A stretch of DNA of 64,000 bases, from NCBI GenBank assembly GCA_964304625.1, contig OZ199838.1:1313158-1377157 (forward strand), written 5' to 3'. The position numbers and the translations under genes are program-made. This DNA is from Kudoa neothunni (taxonomy: Eukaryota > Animalia > Cnidaria). A model generated the notes under the pieces. The model had not been told where the DNA came from, made no database searches, and worked only from the letters and a program-made list of their open reading frames with translations. Shown in pieces: positions 41,820-56,400 of this stretch. Numbering within the stretch: the stretch's first letter is position 1; the number at the start of each line of letters is the position of its first letter.

Positions 41820-43079
41820 TAAAAAACTGTATTTGTTTATCCAAAATTGTAAATCAAATAACAGCTGTTTTGTTATTTTCCCAATAGGTTTATTATTTGT
41901 TATTTATAATTTAGAATAATTAAATATGTTCAATCCATTGTTCTTCGAAACAAAAATGATTATTTTTTAGTTTTTACATGTTAATTAACGGTTTCCGTAA
42001 CATCACATCATTTTTGATACAAAAACATTATTGTTACATATATATATTTATTTATTCATTTAAATTTATATTTTTTTATCAGAAACATAGTAACATAAGC
42101 AATATTAAATTTTAGGTTCAGAATGCAAACATGTTGTTCCTGAACAGATAAATGTTGGAGGTAAGGCAAATTACATTATACAAAGGCTTTCGGGGCATAT
42201 TGGGGATCCGAGAAGCAGTTATTGAAGATTGTTGACTTATACTTTGAATCAACGAAAACATTTTAAGGTTGAGTATGTTTCGTGCGTAATGCATCGATTC
42301 TATGTTACCAGAATCTCTCTCTAAGGGATATCATGAGCGATTCGTGCGCCACCAAAGCTGAACTAAGTCCGGTAACCAATCGTCAATTTTTGTACTTTCT
42401 AAAATTAACTGACACTCTCAATTTACTATTTGATATTTATTCCTAAACAAATAATAAAACTAATTATAAAAAAAACTGAAAATAGTTATATATGTTAAAA
42501 AAAACTATAAAATTGTTTAAAAGGGGTTTAATCTTAATCAAGTTTGTTATATATTTTTTAAATAATCTACAAGGCAAGCACGATACAAGATTCGAATATC
42601 GTCAAAATTAGGTTTTTAGTAGTTTTATTTTAAATTCATGTAAAAATAAATTTCCACAAATAAATACATTTGTGATTTGATAAAATATTTATTTTCAGCA
42701 CTTAATCCTTACGTTTATAATTAAGACAAAAAAAGAACAGAAGCCCTTGTTTTCGCAAGCGCGATATTCACATCGGATATTTTTCACTAAAACATTTAAG
42801 ACCTAGATCATTTATAAATTTTGATTTCTGAATATTTTTTTATAATTTAGAACATTTTTTAATTTAATCATTGCACACAGAGGACATGTAAAAAGTCAAA
42901 ACATTCGATCCATTACCAATGATATTAATTTTATTCACATTTGTTTTCTCGTTTATATGAACTGATTTTTTCTTGTTCATGAAATTTTCTTGAATTATTT
43001 TACCCCCATAAAAATTAATCAGCTTTATAATTTTTATTTCGAGAAATAGAAGAGGAAAGTAAAATGAATCGGAAAGCAA

Positions 43080-44030
43080 TGCCATACACAGATGTTTCAA
43101 TTTGAGTGTAGTTTCTGGTGACGATGAAACCCGCATTCCTTCTTTCTGTTACCCGCGTAATTAAAGAGGTTTCTAATTCGGGCCATTGACATTGTCTTCC
43201 TCTTCTCGCACACTTTGATCGTGGAATCATTTCCAAGTTATCTTGAGCTTTCTTCTATTCGCGAACTTGCTTTTCATTTATGCCAAGAACAGCAGCAGCA
43301 GCAGCAGCAGCAGCGGCATTTTGGTTGGTAGTTTCCAGACACATTCACAACTATCAATTTAAACGCGGAGTCGTATTTTGCCCTTATCGATGAAATAGTT
43401 TAAAAATGTGCTGGGTGATTCGTTACTTGCTTACTATAATTTACTACATGTGTAACATTTCCTCTGCAAAGGTGAGATCACTCTTCGGCGGATTGCAACT
43501 CCGTCAGCCAACGCGTACGTGTGACGATAGACAATGACAGTAGACTTGGCGAATGACTTATGTGGCTAGGTTAGATTAAGTGTGTTAAATCAATGTAAGA
43601 ATGTATTAGGATGAAATGATATGTTCCTATAAAGTTTATCCAAGTGTCAAAAATAGTCCAAAATCATTTTTATAACGTTGATAAAAAAGTGAAAAACAAA
43701 CGTCTTAAAGTCTGTTAATATAATGATACAATATTGAGAAAATAATGGAAGGTGCAGAATATAGACGCCCTATGCCTTATAAAAATTTATTATTTCGCTT
43801 ATTTTATACTAAATATAAAATTTTGAATTTTTAATGATTATTGTGAATAGATAATATAGTTTAATTTTTCCGAAAAGAATTTTTAGTCGCTTTGATACGT
43901 AAATGCGGGAAAATTTCGATTTAATTATTCGAACGATCCAATAATTGAGATACATCTAAATTTATATCAATGGTAAAAAGTTTAATTTCCATACGCACTC
44001 CTATTTCAATTAAATATGCGAAAAAATACA
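43080..44030 (-). mobile_element. 5' fragment of a pogo/Tigger-like element (Brinker-type DBD plus CENP-B HTH) with upstream non-coding region
   Basis: YDSAFKL..VV / NQNAAAAAAAAAVLGINEKQVRE*RK / WPELETSL..RV.ERRNAG..VTR. Frameshifted, no DDE domain. 43470-43972 is repeated at 58828-59331. Confidence 0.65.
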
Positions 44031-44278
44031 AAAATATTTAGTGGTCAATAATTAATCAGGAAATATCAATTGATATTTTTAAGCCAAGATCATCGATCTT
44101 ATTTGGTTAAAACTAATTTTAACCCAGAATTTAATTCGGCGACCGAAACGAAAATTGGAGCAGTCATTTCAAAAATTAAAAAGATACAAACATCGCGCCA
44201 AATGGTAACATTGGTGACACGGCTTATTTCAATATGCAGAAGTGCGCATGTGCACGTTCTTACATTAATTTGTTTTTA

Positions 44279-47200
44279 GGCAGTGCCTATTGGCCCGGCA
44301 GATCAGTTTTACGATTTTGTAATATTAAAAATAAGTAAAATTAGGTTTTTCATTTCCCAATTGTTAAATTACAAAGTTCACAAACGTATTTTTGATCTTC
44401 GAGTCGCTCCAATTAGGAATTGTTACCTGCACGGCGTGATTATCGTTTTCAAATATTATACATTTATATTTTTTCGCCGAAATTTGAGAATAAATTGATC
44501 TAGTGATCTCATCCAAATTAAACAGTGACGTTGAATTTTATGAACCTTGTGTTTCGTATAGCGTGGTTATTCGTACGCAATGAACAGCAACGAAAGTGGT
44601 GGAAGCAACCATGATGTTAACACTAACGAGAATAGTTTTTTTAAAGTTGGTGATACGTTTAATAACCTTTAAGAGTTAAAGTTTAAAATTGAACAGTTGG
44701 AATTACTCGATAAATATACGATGTCCGTATTAGATTGCAAAACCATTGAGAATCGCCAAAAACGATGTGATTGAGTGTTAAATCCATTATTAAAATATTA
44801 TCAATTAAAATATTGTTGTATTCACAGCGGGAAAAAGGTAAATCGTTTTATTTTGTTAAATATTTTTTATTTAAGGTTAATTATTTTTTTGTCTTTAGAA
44901 ATATTTTTATTTATTTGTTAAGTTATTTATTGGTTTCATTACTTTAAAGAAAGCGATCAACGAAATACGAACTCTTATTATAAGGGATGCCCAGTGTTTT
45001 TAAGATTTCTAATAGACACCGATGGGAAAAAACTTGTGTTAAAATCTCTTAACTTATCACACAACCACGATTCTCTTAGTTTACCCTCAAAATTTTCGTC
45101 AAAGGCAAAAAAACTTAATGATGAGGAGATTACATATATCACCCAACTTGTTGAAGGCGACGGTAATTCAAAGGCTATCCAAGAAAAAATTTTTAGGGAG
45201 AAGGGAAGTACGTTTCACTGAAAAAGCTAAGAAACATTAAATATTCAATTAAGTCCCATTCAACCACACTTGATTGTTTGTTAACTCTAAAAAATAATCC
45301 TAATGTATTCATTGAAGTGCTAGAAGGTGGAAATAATTTTAAGGGTCTATTTTATCATGATTTAGACATGAAAAAATGCTTAACAGCTTACCCCGAAATA
45401 ATATTTATTGACGCCACATATAAATTATTAGACTGTAGGGCTCCAGTTTATTTTCTTGTGGTAATGGATGGAAGAGGAATGAGCGAGATTGTGGCAACAG
45501 GAATCCTCACTGAAGAAACTGAGGAAATATTATCGTGGTTTATTAAAACAATTAAAAAGCATAACCCAGTGATAGAAAATGAGACTAAAATTTTTATGAC
45601 AGACAAAGACATGGTAGAACGAAAAGTTTTAAAAAATATTTTTCCAAATGTTAACATTCAATTGTCTTTATCATGTCTTAAAAGCATTTAATCGTGAAAT
45701 CAAGGTCGAGAAAATGAACATCAATTCTAAGAAAAAAGAAATTTCAGTCTTTTACCTACAAAAAATCTCATACGCCAAAAACAATGATGAATATAATTCT
45801 ATAAAAAAACAATTTAAGGATAATGTAGGAGAAAAAGTTTATCGTTATTTTAAAAATAATTGGCATACCATCAAAGATGAATGGGTTATTGGTTTACGGA
45901 GATACGATGGAATCTTCTTAAATTTTACCAATAATAGAATTGAAAGTGTCAATTCCAAGGTAAAGCAAGTGATTCCATTGTTTTCCTATTTTGAAGAATT
46001 TTTCAAGAAGTTTCTGGTTTACATAAATACTTCAAGAATGGAGAATGATAATGAGGCTGTACAAGAAATTTTAAAGACTCCTAAAAAATTCATTGATCCT
46101 GATGTAATCGAGTATTTTAATTATTTAACAAAATACCCATTTCAAATGGTTTCAAAGGAATATTCTAAAGTTCTATCGCCAGAAAACATCGGTGACGAAA
46201 TTTTTCCAGATAGTTTTAATATGCCTTCCAATGATAAATGTGGCTGTCCCTTCAGAATCAGCATGAACTTACCATGCTGTCACGTATTTACATATCGAAA
46301 AAAGTGTAATCTTCCACTTTTTGATAAATTTTTGTGCTCCAAGAGATGGACAAAAAATTACTTTATTGAAAATTCCAGGTTTCAAGAAAATGTTTGCAAA
46401 AAGAATGATGTCGACTTTGTGAGCGATTCTATTACTTTCAGTTCTTTATCCAAGAATGTTCAATATTCAGAACAGAAAAAATTTAATGAAGCTTCTAGGT
46501 TAATGAAAACCGTCGCTGCTAGAATATCAGAAAAAACAGGCCCTGAATACAATTATTGGATAGATATGCTGAAACAGTTTGTGGAATGCGTTGAAAATAA
46601 TGAAAAAATTGCGATAACAAGATTTAACGATAATGACTCTACACGTGAGGTCTCAACAGCCTCAAGCAAAAACATCACTGTGTCTAAAAGTATTCATTTA
46701 TATAATATAATGTAATATTAATTCTGACCTTTATAGATCCAGAATTACATTATTGCCCTATAAACGAAAGTCAACAAGAGTAAAACGGAATCCCTGTTTA
46801 AATATTTATTCTAATTATAGAGAGAAATCCAATAATGGTGAAAAATCATCTGAGATATCTGATGAAGATAATAAAATTTCAAGTAATATAACAATTAATT
46901 ATATTTTTGATTCAAAATGTAGAATTAATTTTGCCTTCAAAAATTAAATTCAAGGGCCGCCCTAAAGGTTCGTCGACGACTGTAATTGATATAAAAAGAT
47001 CTAAAGTTCACATGAGTTCGTTCATGAATTTAACTGAAAAGCAACAAATTTTGAGTATATTATAAATTATAAATTTTTTGAATAATAAATAGCTATGCTG
47101 AGTTGGTTCGTTGATAAAAAAATTGCGAGAAGAGCTATGGTTAATAATGAAAAAATTGATGAAAAGGATGTCGAGGTTTTTTCCGATAACGTAAGTGACG

Positions 47201-48427
47201 CGATTCTTGACCAAAGGGTTAAAATTGATAAAATATTTCCTTACTTTACTGACGACGCCATTTATAATATTAAAACGATTATAAAAAACAAACAAACCGT
47301 TGGCTATATGTGCAGTATCTGTAAAAACACGATTGGGAACATGGAATCATCTATAGGTTGTGATATATGCCTAGAATGGAGTCATTTCAAATGTCAAAAT
47401 ATCAGTATTGGTCCATATTCTAAATATTGGTGTTGCAACGAATGTAAAAAGTTATTCAAGAACAAATGAAAGTACAAAGGTTGCAAACTTGAAAAAAATG
47501 TCTCCAACAAAAGAGTAGTTTTATTCGAATTATCTTCAAAATTATCACGATTTTTCCAGATACAAATTTTTTTATTGCAAATACGAATAGTGCCAAACTA
47601 TATTATCTTTTTAATATTTTTAATTACGCGAATAATCGACAAGTATTATTTCTTTTGTAAGAAACATTGGCTATTATAAGGTCGATTTGTTTAAAGCTTC
47701 GTTGTTGAAATTAAATTCTATAGTCTTAATCGGTTTCTATAATGATCTCGTATATAATCAACATTAAATAAACTTCGTGTTTAAGAATATACCAATATAA
47801 TTAATATTTTTTCGAACCTGGATGGAGATATTTACTTATTCATTCGAAATAGCGTCGAAATTTTAATTTATTTACAACGCAAGCATAATTTGAATAATAT
47901 TTCGAGATGAGTTTTGTCAAATTGCTTTACCGCTCGACTAAATGAAATTTTCTTTGTTATGTACTATGTAAATTAACTTATTGGTACGAATCAATCTCTC
48001 GAAATTGAATATCAATAAATTATCAAACTGATATAAATAATTATTAATTATTGCTCTAAATAGAATCAAATATATCTCAAAATTATTATTTTTAGATGCA
48101 TTTTAAGGATAAATAGAACGCATAATTAAGTCATTGGAATATATAAATATGATGTAAATATTTCTATAGAAAACTTAAGCTTTATTAATCCAATAATTCA
48201 TAAACGTTCTAGTTTATGTAAGATTGGCATTTTTCACAACCCAAAAAATGAAGATCTCGATTCTATCCGTGTCTAAATAGGTATCTGAGTATTCTCGTTA
48301 ATTAAACTTAATTGATAGATATACTTGTCGTTAAAATGTTGTTTAAATATTAAATGTAATTTTATATCCACTCAAAGTAAATTTAAATAGCATGCGATGC
48401 TGATCTGCCGGACCAATAGACACAGCC
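44279..48427 (+). mobile_element. Full-length Mutator-like element (4149 bp) with a disrupted MULE-SWIM-PHD transposase
   Basis: TIRs GGCAGTGCCTATTGGCCCGGCAGATCAG / CTGATCTGCCGGACCAATAGACACAGCC with perfect 9-bp TSD TTGTTTTTA (44270-44278, 48428-48436). Motifs YPEIIFIDATYKL, FMTDKD, CLYHVL, TNNRIES; SWIM CGC..LPCCH; C-terminal PHD CSIC..CDIC..HFKC..CNEC. Frameshifts and stops at about 44670, 45220 and 45665. Confidence 0.93.
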
Positions 48428-48744
48428 TTGTTTTTAACCAAGAAATTACAATGCCACCATCAGAAATAAAATATTAAATTATTTTTTACCATTTAAACAA
48501 TGAAAAATTCAGTTTCTGTTTTTATTGAGATACAAATGGACATTACACTTAATGCAAATATGATCAATTTGTCAATTAATTGAAGAACCATTTGTAATAG
48601 ATGAAACATGCAACTATAATGTCTTCAACTTGTTCAAAAATATCATCTGTTTCAATACCATTTTTTATTAAATTTTTCGCGTTAATTGTTTAATTTAAAC
48701 GATAGACGTCTTCCCCCCATCACTAGAACTGTATTCGGATACAA

Positions 48745-51700
48745 TAGTGTTTCCCTAGAAATTCAAATTTTACGTCTGTACACCCATCCTAATTTCCGCG
48801 TTCACTTCACACCCCCTCCTCTATGTGAATGGCAAGACTCAATTATTCTTTTTATTTAAATGCGAAAATAATAATACCAATAAAAATTGTCTTAAAATCA
48901 TATTTTTATTATTTTAATTTATATTATAACTTCAAATTTCCCCACTTACTTCTAAAATAAATACAAACTAAAATGTTTCGGTTAACCCAATTTTCTATGT
49001 ATAATTGAAAAATAGTAAACGTAATCTTTTCAATCCTCATGATTTAACACTCAATGATGGGAACTATTATTCGTTCCAGCTTATATATACTATATTTTTG
49101 TAAAGTAATAAATTATGTTGTTACAATGATTCACCTATTTCGGATGTGCTTTCTGGAGATAGATTTGAGCAACTGTCAAAATTTGACCTCTTTTGGAGCA
49201 GTTGCGGGAAGCATTTTTAAAAATCACTCAGAGAGCATAAATTCAGTAGGCAAACAGAAGATTCCTTTTAAGGGTAAGTTCAAGATAAAACAGTATATAT
49301 CAAATAAATCTACCAAGTGGGGATTCAAAGTTTTTGCCCGAGTTGGAATAAGTGGGATAGTACATGATTTTCACTTGTATGATGGAAAATCGCCAGTTGT
49401 ACAACAAAGCCGTGGTTTTGTTCACACAACTTTATTACAAAATTATGTGAACAACTTCCAAAAAATAGAATGTATCTGTTGTATTTTGATAACTGGTTCA
49501 CATCATTACAAATACAGCTTATATTGAAAAAAGGCGAATATATTTCATGAGGACTATTCGAAATAATAGAATTAAAGGGTGTGTTTACTCTGTAAGAGAT
49601 CTAATAAAAAAGGACAAGACTCATTTGATGTTGCTCACAGCTCTAATTATGCACTAATATTAACTCAATGATATGATAACACCGTCGTGACTTTATCATC
49701 CACTTATTCTGGTAGTGAACCTCTAACAACTGTAAATAGATATGATGGGCGGGAAAAAACGCGTTAAACTCGAGTGCTCAACTATTGTATAGTAATATAA
49801 CAAAAACATGGGTGACGTTGCAGTTGATATCGTTATATAGATTAAATCACAAATGTAAAAAACTTTACAAGAGGATATTTTTTGGGGCATTAATACCGCG
49901 ATCACTAATTCAAGGCTATTGTATCGGAGACAAAATGTCATGAATAATGTTAACTAGAGGGAAGCTGTCGATTTGCTTTCATTCACATATTCAATCTGTG
50001 AATCATTATTGTATAAAAACCAAAAGTTAATACAAACTTGAAAAACTGGTCGGTCGTCTGATTATTGATTCTAATTTACGAAACATAATGGGATCTACTA
50101 TATCAAAACACAGGCGAAATACTCTTTGATCAGATCATATTAGATACGATAATGTTGGCTATTTTCCAGAAATGGTATCAACGTCAAGTAGCTGCAGAAG
50201 TTGTGGAAGAAATTGTTTCCATGAATATCATAATACTTAAAATTATTGTCTTTTGATTACTCTATATGTTATTGTTATAATAAATTCGATTTCTTTTTTG
50301 CGCATTTTCTTTACCACGAATCCCCATTGTTCAGTCTACTGAACCTAATTTATAGATTAAAAATATTAGCTCAAACAAATTTTTATTGGTTAAGGATAAA
50401 CAAAAATTCAAGCGTGATAGGGTCAATCATCTATTGGCGCATAAAATACATAAAAGCCATTGATAATATAATTTTTTTAATAAAATTAAAGTAATATGTT
50501 ACAAATGTTATAACGATTATAGAGCAGAAATTAAATTTTCTAGATATTGATTAATATATGTTATATTGCGGACGACCTATAAGTTACTGCATCAAGATTC
50601 GAATTCGGAATTTCTTTTAAATAAATCATGGAATAAGTCTTGGTCTTAGATTGGTTCCATGAGAGGTAAATGTCCCTGTGCTTACGGTTGAGTAGAATTG
50701 ATAAATCAATAAATTTTAATTAAACAAATTGGTTTTAATAATACTTCCGATAAAGCGAATTAGAAAATACTCTCCTAAAATGTTTTAAACTTATTTAAGC
50801 TTTTTCTGTTTTCGATTTAATAAAAAGAACTTTCTTATCACATATCATTGTGCTTCACATTCAGATGATTATAATTTTTTTAAGTGCAGGGATTTTTTGT
50901 TCGAAAACATCACAAGCCTCCTTCAACTAATTTATCTCTAAATTATGTAAAGTACTTTGTCAGATTATACAGCAGCTTCACAAAAAAATATTAGTACAAT
51001 GATAATGTGTATAATATTTCAATTCAACAAAATAACTCCTTAATAATCAATAAACTGGTCATACAAATATTTACAGTATTATTTGAATTTTATTCACCAA
51101 TACAGATAATATAAAATTATACAATGTAGTACAATGTTCTTAAGATATAAAATATTAGTTTTTATATGAGGCTTAATAAAAATAATACTGCAATTATCAT
51201 TGCTGTTAATAAATAACAATTGAAATACATTTCATATTATCTAATCAATATTAAACATTAAACAATTTGAATTAAATGGTTCTTTTCGTATAGATAAAAA
51301 TTCTAAAAATTACAAACATGTGGTAAATTATTAATCGAAATACTTTTTGATATAACGTAAATTATAACCATTGAATGCTTTTTTATAAAAAAACTATTCT
51401 ATTGATTAATATGATATTGATAAATTCCGATTTAATTTCCAAAATCGATATTAAACACAATTTTCTCTAAATATATTATAAACAATAAGGATTCTTGACA
51501 TTGAATTCAGTTATGTTGTAAATTAAATAGTATATGTCGGGATGTTATTAACAAACTTTTTTTTTCAAATAAGTCAATTATAATTTGAAATGATTATTGA
51601 CACATACTATTATATCAATATGAGTGTAATTTTCATTGTAATTGATTATTTTTGGCTCCAAAGAACGGCAGAGAGGACCAAATGTAATTAAATCCAGAAA

Positions 51701-52518
51701 ATATTGGAAATTAAAATTTTGATAATACTAATAACTCATTCTCTCAAGGTTAAATGATAAAAAATTTAATTATATTATTGAAAGTCTATCTGTTTGATAT
51801 CTATTATCTATTGATATAGAAGCGTGATATAAAAGCTTTAAAATTTTTGGTTTGGTACGAGGCTTAATTACTAAATGAGCGTTGTTGTATTGTTCTGTTT
51901 CGTTTTGATTGGTATTTTTGAAATTTATTCCTTAATAAGTTTGAAATAGGTATTTTAAGCACAAAATACACTTTACAAGTAAGCACTATTAATTTTAATT
52001 TAAGTTTCAATAACCTATAAATAATATTAATAAATAAAGAATACGCCATTTTTAACGCCTGATTCAGGAAAGGAATTTATTACCGCTTTGAAAAACGTAC
52101 AGAAATGTTATAAACCAACCGATCCTCAGGTTTATTTATATAAACTTTTTCTAAAATAACTTTATAAAGTACGAAATTATCGAAAATCAGCTTAAAGAAC
52201 CTGAAATGTTTTTTTACAGAAATGTGTTATATCGGAGAGTCTGCGAGCTTTTCGCTCAATGCACAGAAATGGATTATGGTAAAATGTTTCAAGCGATAAT
52301 ATTTCAAATTTATATTTAGTTGAAAGATTCTGTGAAAACCAAGCAGAAACATATGTTTGTATTGTAATTTTAACTCTTATTCGATATTCTTTAAACATAA
52401 TAGGGCATAAATTACTTCAAATGCAATGGAAGCTGGAGACATTACCCTTATGAATATGTAATTCTAATTTTCCACAACATTTTTTATCTCTTTAAAATAT
52501 TGTTTCTAGGAAACAGTA
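48745..52518. mobile_element. hAT-ended composite element, copy 1, carrying a dead piggyBac
   Basis: Starts TAGTGTTTCCCTAGAAA (hAT CAGTGTTTCCC-type TIR) after the 8-mer GGATACAA. Candidate worn right TIR TTTCTAGGAAACAGTA at 52503-52518. Right boundary uncertain because the TSD is not matched. Confidence 0.55.
48986..50389 (+). pseudogene. Degenerate piggyBac (PGBD2/3-like) transposase
   Basis: IPFKGKFKIKQYISNKSTKWGFKVFARVGISGIVHDFHLYDG, LYFDNWF, TQ*YDNTVVTLSST, YNKNMGDVAV and C-terminal YDNVGYFP...CRSC. Frameshifted. Candidate ends TTAA|CCCAAT and ATTGG|TTAA. Confidence 0.85.
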
Positions 52519-53336
52519 AAATGCACCAACGAATCTAAACAAACATGTAATAAGTTTATTCCATGTAAGCCGTATCAAAACGGTCACACCAAGTATCATT
52601 ATAAAATTTTATAACAAATTATTTGTTACATATATATATATATATACATATATTTTGACAACTGAATATTATTCTAGTTCAGGATGCAGTCGAAATTCGA
52701 ACTAAAGATAAGAATTTAAAACATGGGAATACATGCCATATGATTCACTAGCATAATTACAAACCAAAATTCGATATTACAAATATTCATTAAACGTTTT
52801 CGTCATTTTCATATATTACACGCCCATTTTTTTTCCTTAAAATTTAACCTACACATGTTTTCATATCTATTACAAAATACTGTATATTCTTTTTACCGTA
52901 TTCGTTATTCATATTATGTGTGGTTTTCTGATATAGGCTCGGCACAAAAACCTAATAATTTTTATTTTAAATATAATAAAACCTCTAAACAATTTAAAAT
53001 TAAATTTTATTTTTTAATTATGCGATAAAAACGAGTGTGGAAAGATCATCTAATCAAAAATATAAAATACAACTACAGTTTTATACTCCAGATTCTACAT
53101 TCATCTTTACGTACCTCACAAACACATTGTGAAATTTTAACCTCAGTATAATGAGTTGGGATGCTAAAGTATGAATTTTTTGTCGTCTTATATCCATTTA
53201 AATTTTGAATTAGAAATAAAATGGTTTTAAAATATATAAGATATTTTTGAATTATAAAATCAATTTAAAAAAAATTTTAATAAACAACCTTACACAGTGT
53301 TTCAAGTTCAAGATGCATTATTTGAACAATATAGGT

Positions 53337-53421
53337 TGTAACGAGCGCACAAGAAAACAATGAGCACAAAATAACAACAACGTGTCGCGACCAACACCGT
53401 AATAATATAGAGGTTATTACA
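53337..53421 (-). repeat. 3' LTR of the Gypsy element (85 bp)
   Basis: Direct repeat of 57120-57200, adjacent to the PPT. Confidence 0.9.
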
Positions 53422-56400
53422 TTTACCCCCTTCTCAATGAGGTTCAGGGGAGGTCACTCGAAAAAACTAGGTTTTTTGATTTGGCGGCCGGCTCTGGTCA
53501 AGTAAGGTTTCGCTTCTTTCGTGTTATTGTGGTGAACTTTTTTTGTATTCCCGTTATCGTCGTCTAACTCATATATAGGGCCAGATTTTTACTTTATTTG
53601 GTACGGACCAGAATATCTGGAAAGGAAAGAGCGAGGGATTCTCTTTTAGTAGGACGTAATCCCCTACCATATCTAATTTATCTGTTATGTTTTTGTTATA
53701 TTGTTTTTGTTGGCGTTGTCGCGAGGCTGTAATGTTGACATCCGCTTAATACCAGATATTCTTTAGATCGTGGATTAGATTTTCGACGTAGATGTGGGGT
53801 TGGTGAGTTTGATTATCAAGTTTGGCGTTTTGGTCAAGTTCAGTACTAATAGGGGTCCGTAACTCTCTCCCATAGAGTATTTTGGCAGGAGTGAGGCAAG
53901 TAGATCTGGAAATGGAATTTCTCATCGCCATGAGAGCCAAAGGCAGTGTTGTGTCCCATCCCATTCTAAGACTTGCGGTCAGAAGTTTTAGTTTCGTTTT
54001 GAGAGTTTTTACATATCTCTCCACAAGACCGTTGCCTTCAGGATGGTAGGCTGTAGATCTCGATTTCAACACCCCAAGACAGTGACATAAGTCTTCGAAT
54101 AGGATGGACTCGAATTGTTTCCCTTGATCCGAATGTATATAGAAGGGGATCCCATGACGGCTAATTATCAACTCCACGACCGCTGACGCCGTCGAAGAGG
54201 CCGTGATATCCACCAATGCTTACGCCTCTACCCATTTCGAGTAGGCATCGACACAGATTAGAATGAAGCGGTTTTCATTTTTTGAGGGGAAACAGACCAA
54301 TGAAATCAATGTGCCAGCGGAAACATGGTTTAATTGGGTTCAGTGGAGCCTTCTGGTGTTTGACGGGATGCTTGAACTTCGCACACTCTAAGCAACCTTC
54401 CACAGCCTCGCGTGCTGCGAATTCAATATCTGGGCGGTAGTTCGTTCGTCGCAGCAATTCTGTAGTTTTTTCTAACCCTGCATGAGCGGTATCTATTTCA
54501 TGGGCGTGGATAGCTATCGTTTGGAGCAATTCTTTTGGGCACACTATCAAATTACCAAAGCGTGACTCATGAGACAAAATTCCGTTGTTTAGGGACAACT
54601 TATGACTACGAGATCACAACGTTTTTTGGGTTGGTGTTACAAATGTCACTTCTTCCTTTCCCGACTTCAGTGCACGGACGATACATTGGATATCTTGGTC
54701 CTTTTTTTGGGAACTGCTTAATTCTTCAATCTTAAGCGGTAATCATTGAATCGTCGCCACATTTCTTGAGAGAGAATCAACCACAAAATTGTCGAGACCT
54801 CTCTTGTACTTAATTTCGTAATCATAATTTTCCAATTCCAATAACCATCGCATTTGTCGACCACGTTGGTCAGAGCATTTCCATAGATACGTCAATGGGT
54901 TGTGATCCGTGAATATTGTGAATTTACTACCAGCCAAGTAGTACTGGAATTTCCTTAATGCATTCATAACCGCGAGCGCTTCCTTGTCCATCGCTGAGTA
55001 TTTGGATTGTCTTGCGCTGAATTTCTTGCTAGTGAATGCTAAGATCTCTTTGGTACCATCGATCACTTGGTATAAAACTGCGCCACTTGCAGTATTGCTG
55101 GCATCACATTCTAACATGAGGGGATAGTCGAAATTTGGTAACGCCAACGTGGGTGATTTATTTATTGTAGTTTTTATAGCATCAAAGGACTTTTGATCTT
55201 CATCGGTCCATTCGAATTTACCCTCTGAGTTTACTTTGGCGTACAATATCTTTCTGATGCTGGCCAGATTTTCTACGTATTTATGGATAAAAATGACCGT
55301 GCCGAGAAACGCTTGCGGATCTTTGATTGACTCAGGTGTTTTCCATTTAAGAATTAATTGAATTTTGTCTTCATCCACTCTAACACCTTCTCTGGATATC
55401 ACAAAACCAAGGTACTTTATTTCCTTTTCGAAGAATTTACATTTGGTAAGGTTCGCAGTTAGACATTCGTCTCTGATGCATTGGAATATGGTTTTTAAAT
55501 GAGTATGATGTTCCTCTTCGTTTTTTGAAAAGATAAGCAAATCGTCCAAGTATGCGAACACAAATTCAAACTTTTTGAAGATGGAATCCATTGCCTGTTG
55601 AAATGTGGCGGGGCCATTTGCCAATCCAAACGGCATTATTAAGAATTCGTAGAGTCCGCACCCATAACCAGGCGTAAACGCCGTTTTGTGCACATCTTCC
55701 GGAGCAATCTTGATTTGCCAATATCCATTTTTCAAGTCGATAGAGGAGAACACAGTTGAACCGTTTAATTTATCAAAGGCTTGATCTAGAAGAGGCAATG
55801 GATACTCATCTCGTTCAGTTATAGCATTCAGTCGTCTGTAATCTTGGCATAAACGTAAAGTTTCGTCTTTTTTCTAACAATAACCATAGGGGGCATAAAT
55901 TGACTATTTGATGGTCTAATGATTCCTTTATCCAACATTTCCTGAACTTTCTCTTTTACCGTGGCCTCGTACGCAGCAGGCAGGCGATAGGATGGTTGGG
56001 CCGTTGCTCGGTTTTGAAGTGTAGGTATATGATGGACTATAGACTTCGTCGCTGTCGCTGAATATGTTGGCGAATTCGTTCGTGAGGGTAACCACTTTGG
56101 ATTGATTGTGACTTATCACATTTCCACATACTCCATATTCGTTAATTGATTTTGGGACCATAGAGATGTTGAAAAATTTATCGAGAACGTCTCTCCTGAT
56201 TATGACTTGATGGATTAAGTTATCCATCACAAGCGCAGTCACGGGTACCATATTGTCGCCAATTGATAAGTTGATTTGTGTTCTGCCGTGGAACCGACGC
56301 GTGAAGTTGCACATGACGGAATTGTCGGTCTCTTGTTTATAGCCTCCGGGGGCCAAGTCTTCTCTTGGACTAGGCCCCCGGACGTTTCCCGCAAATTGTG

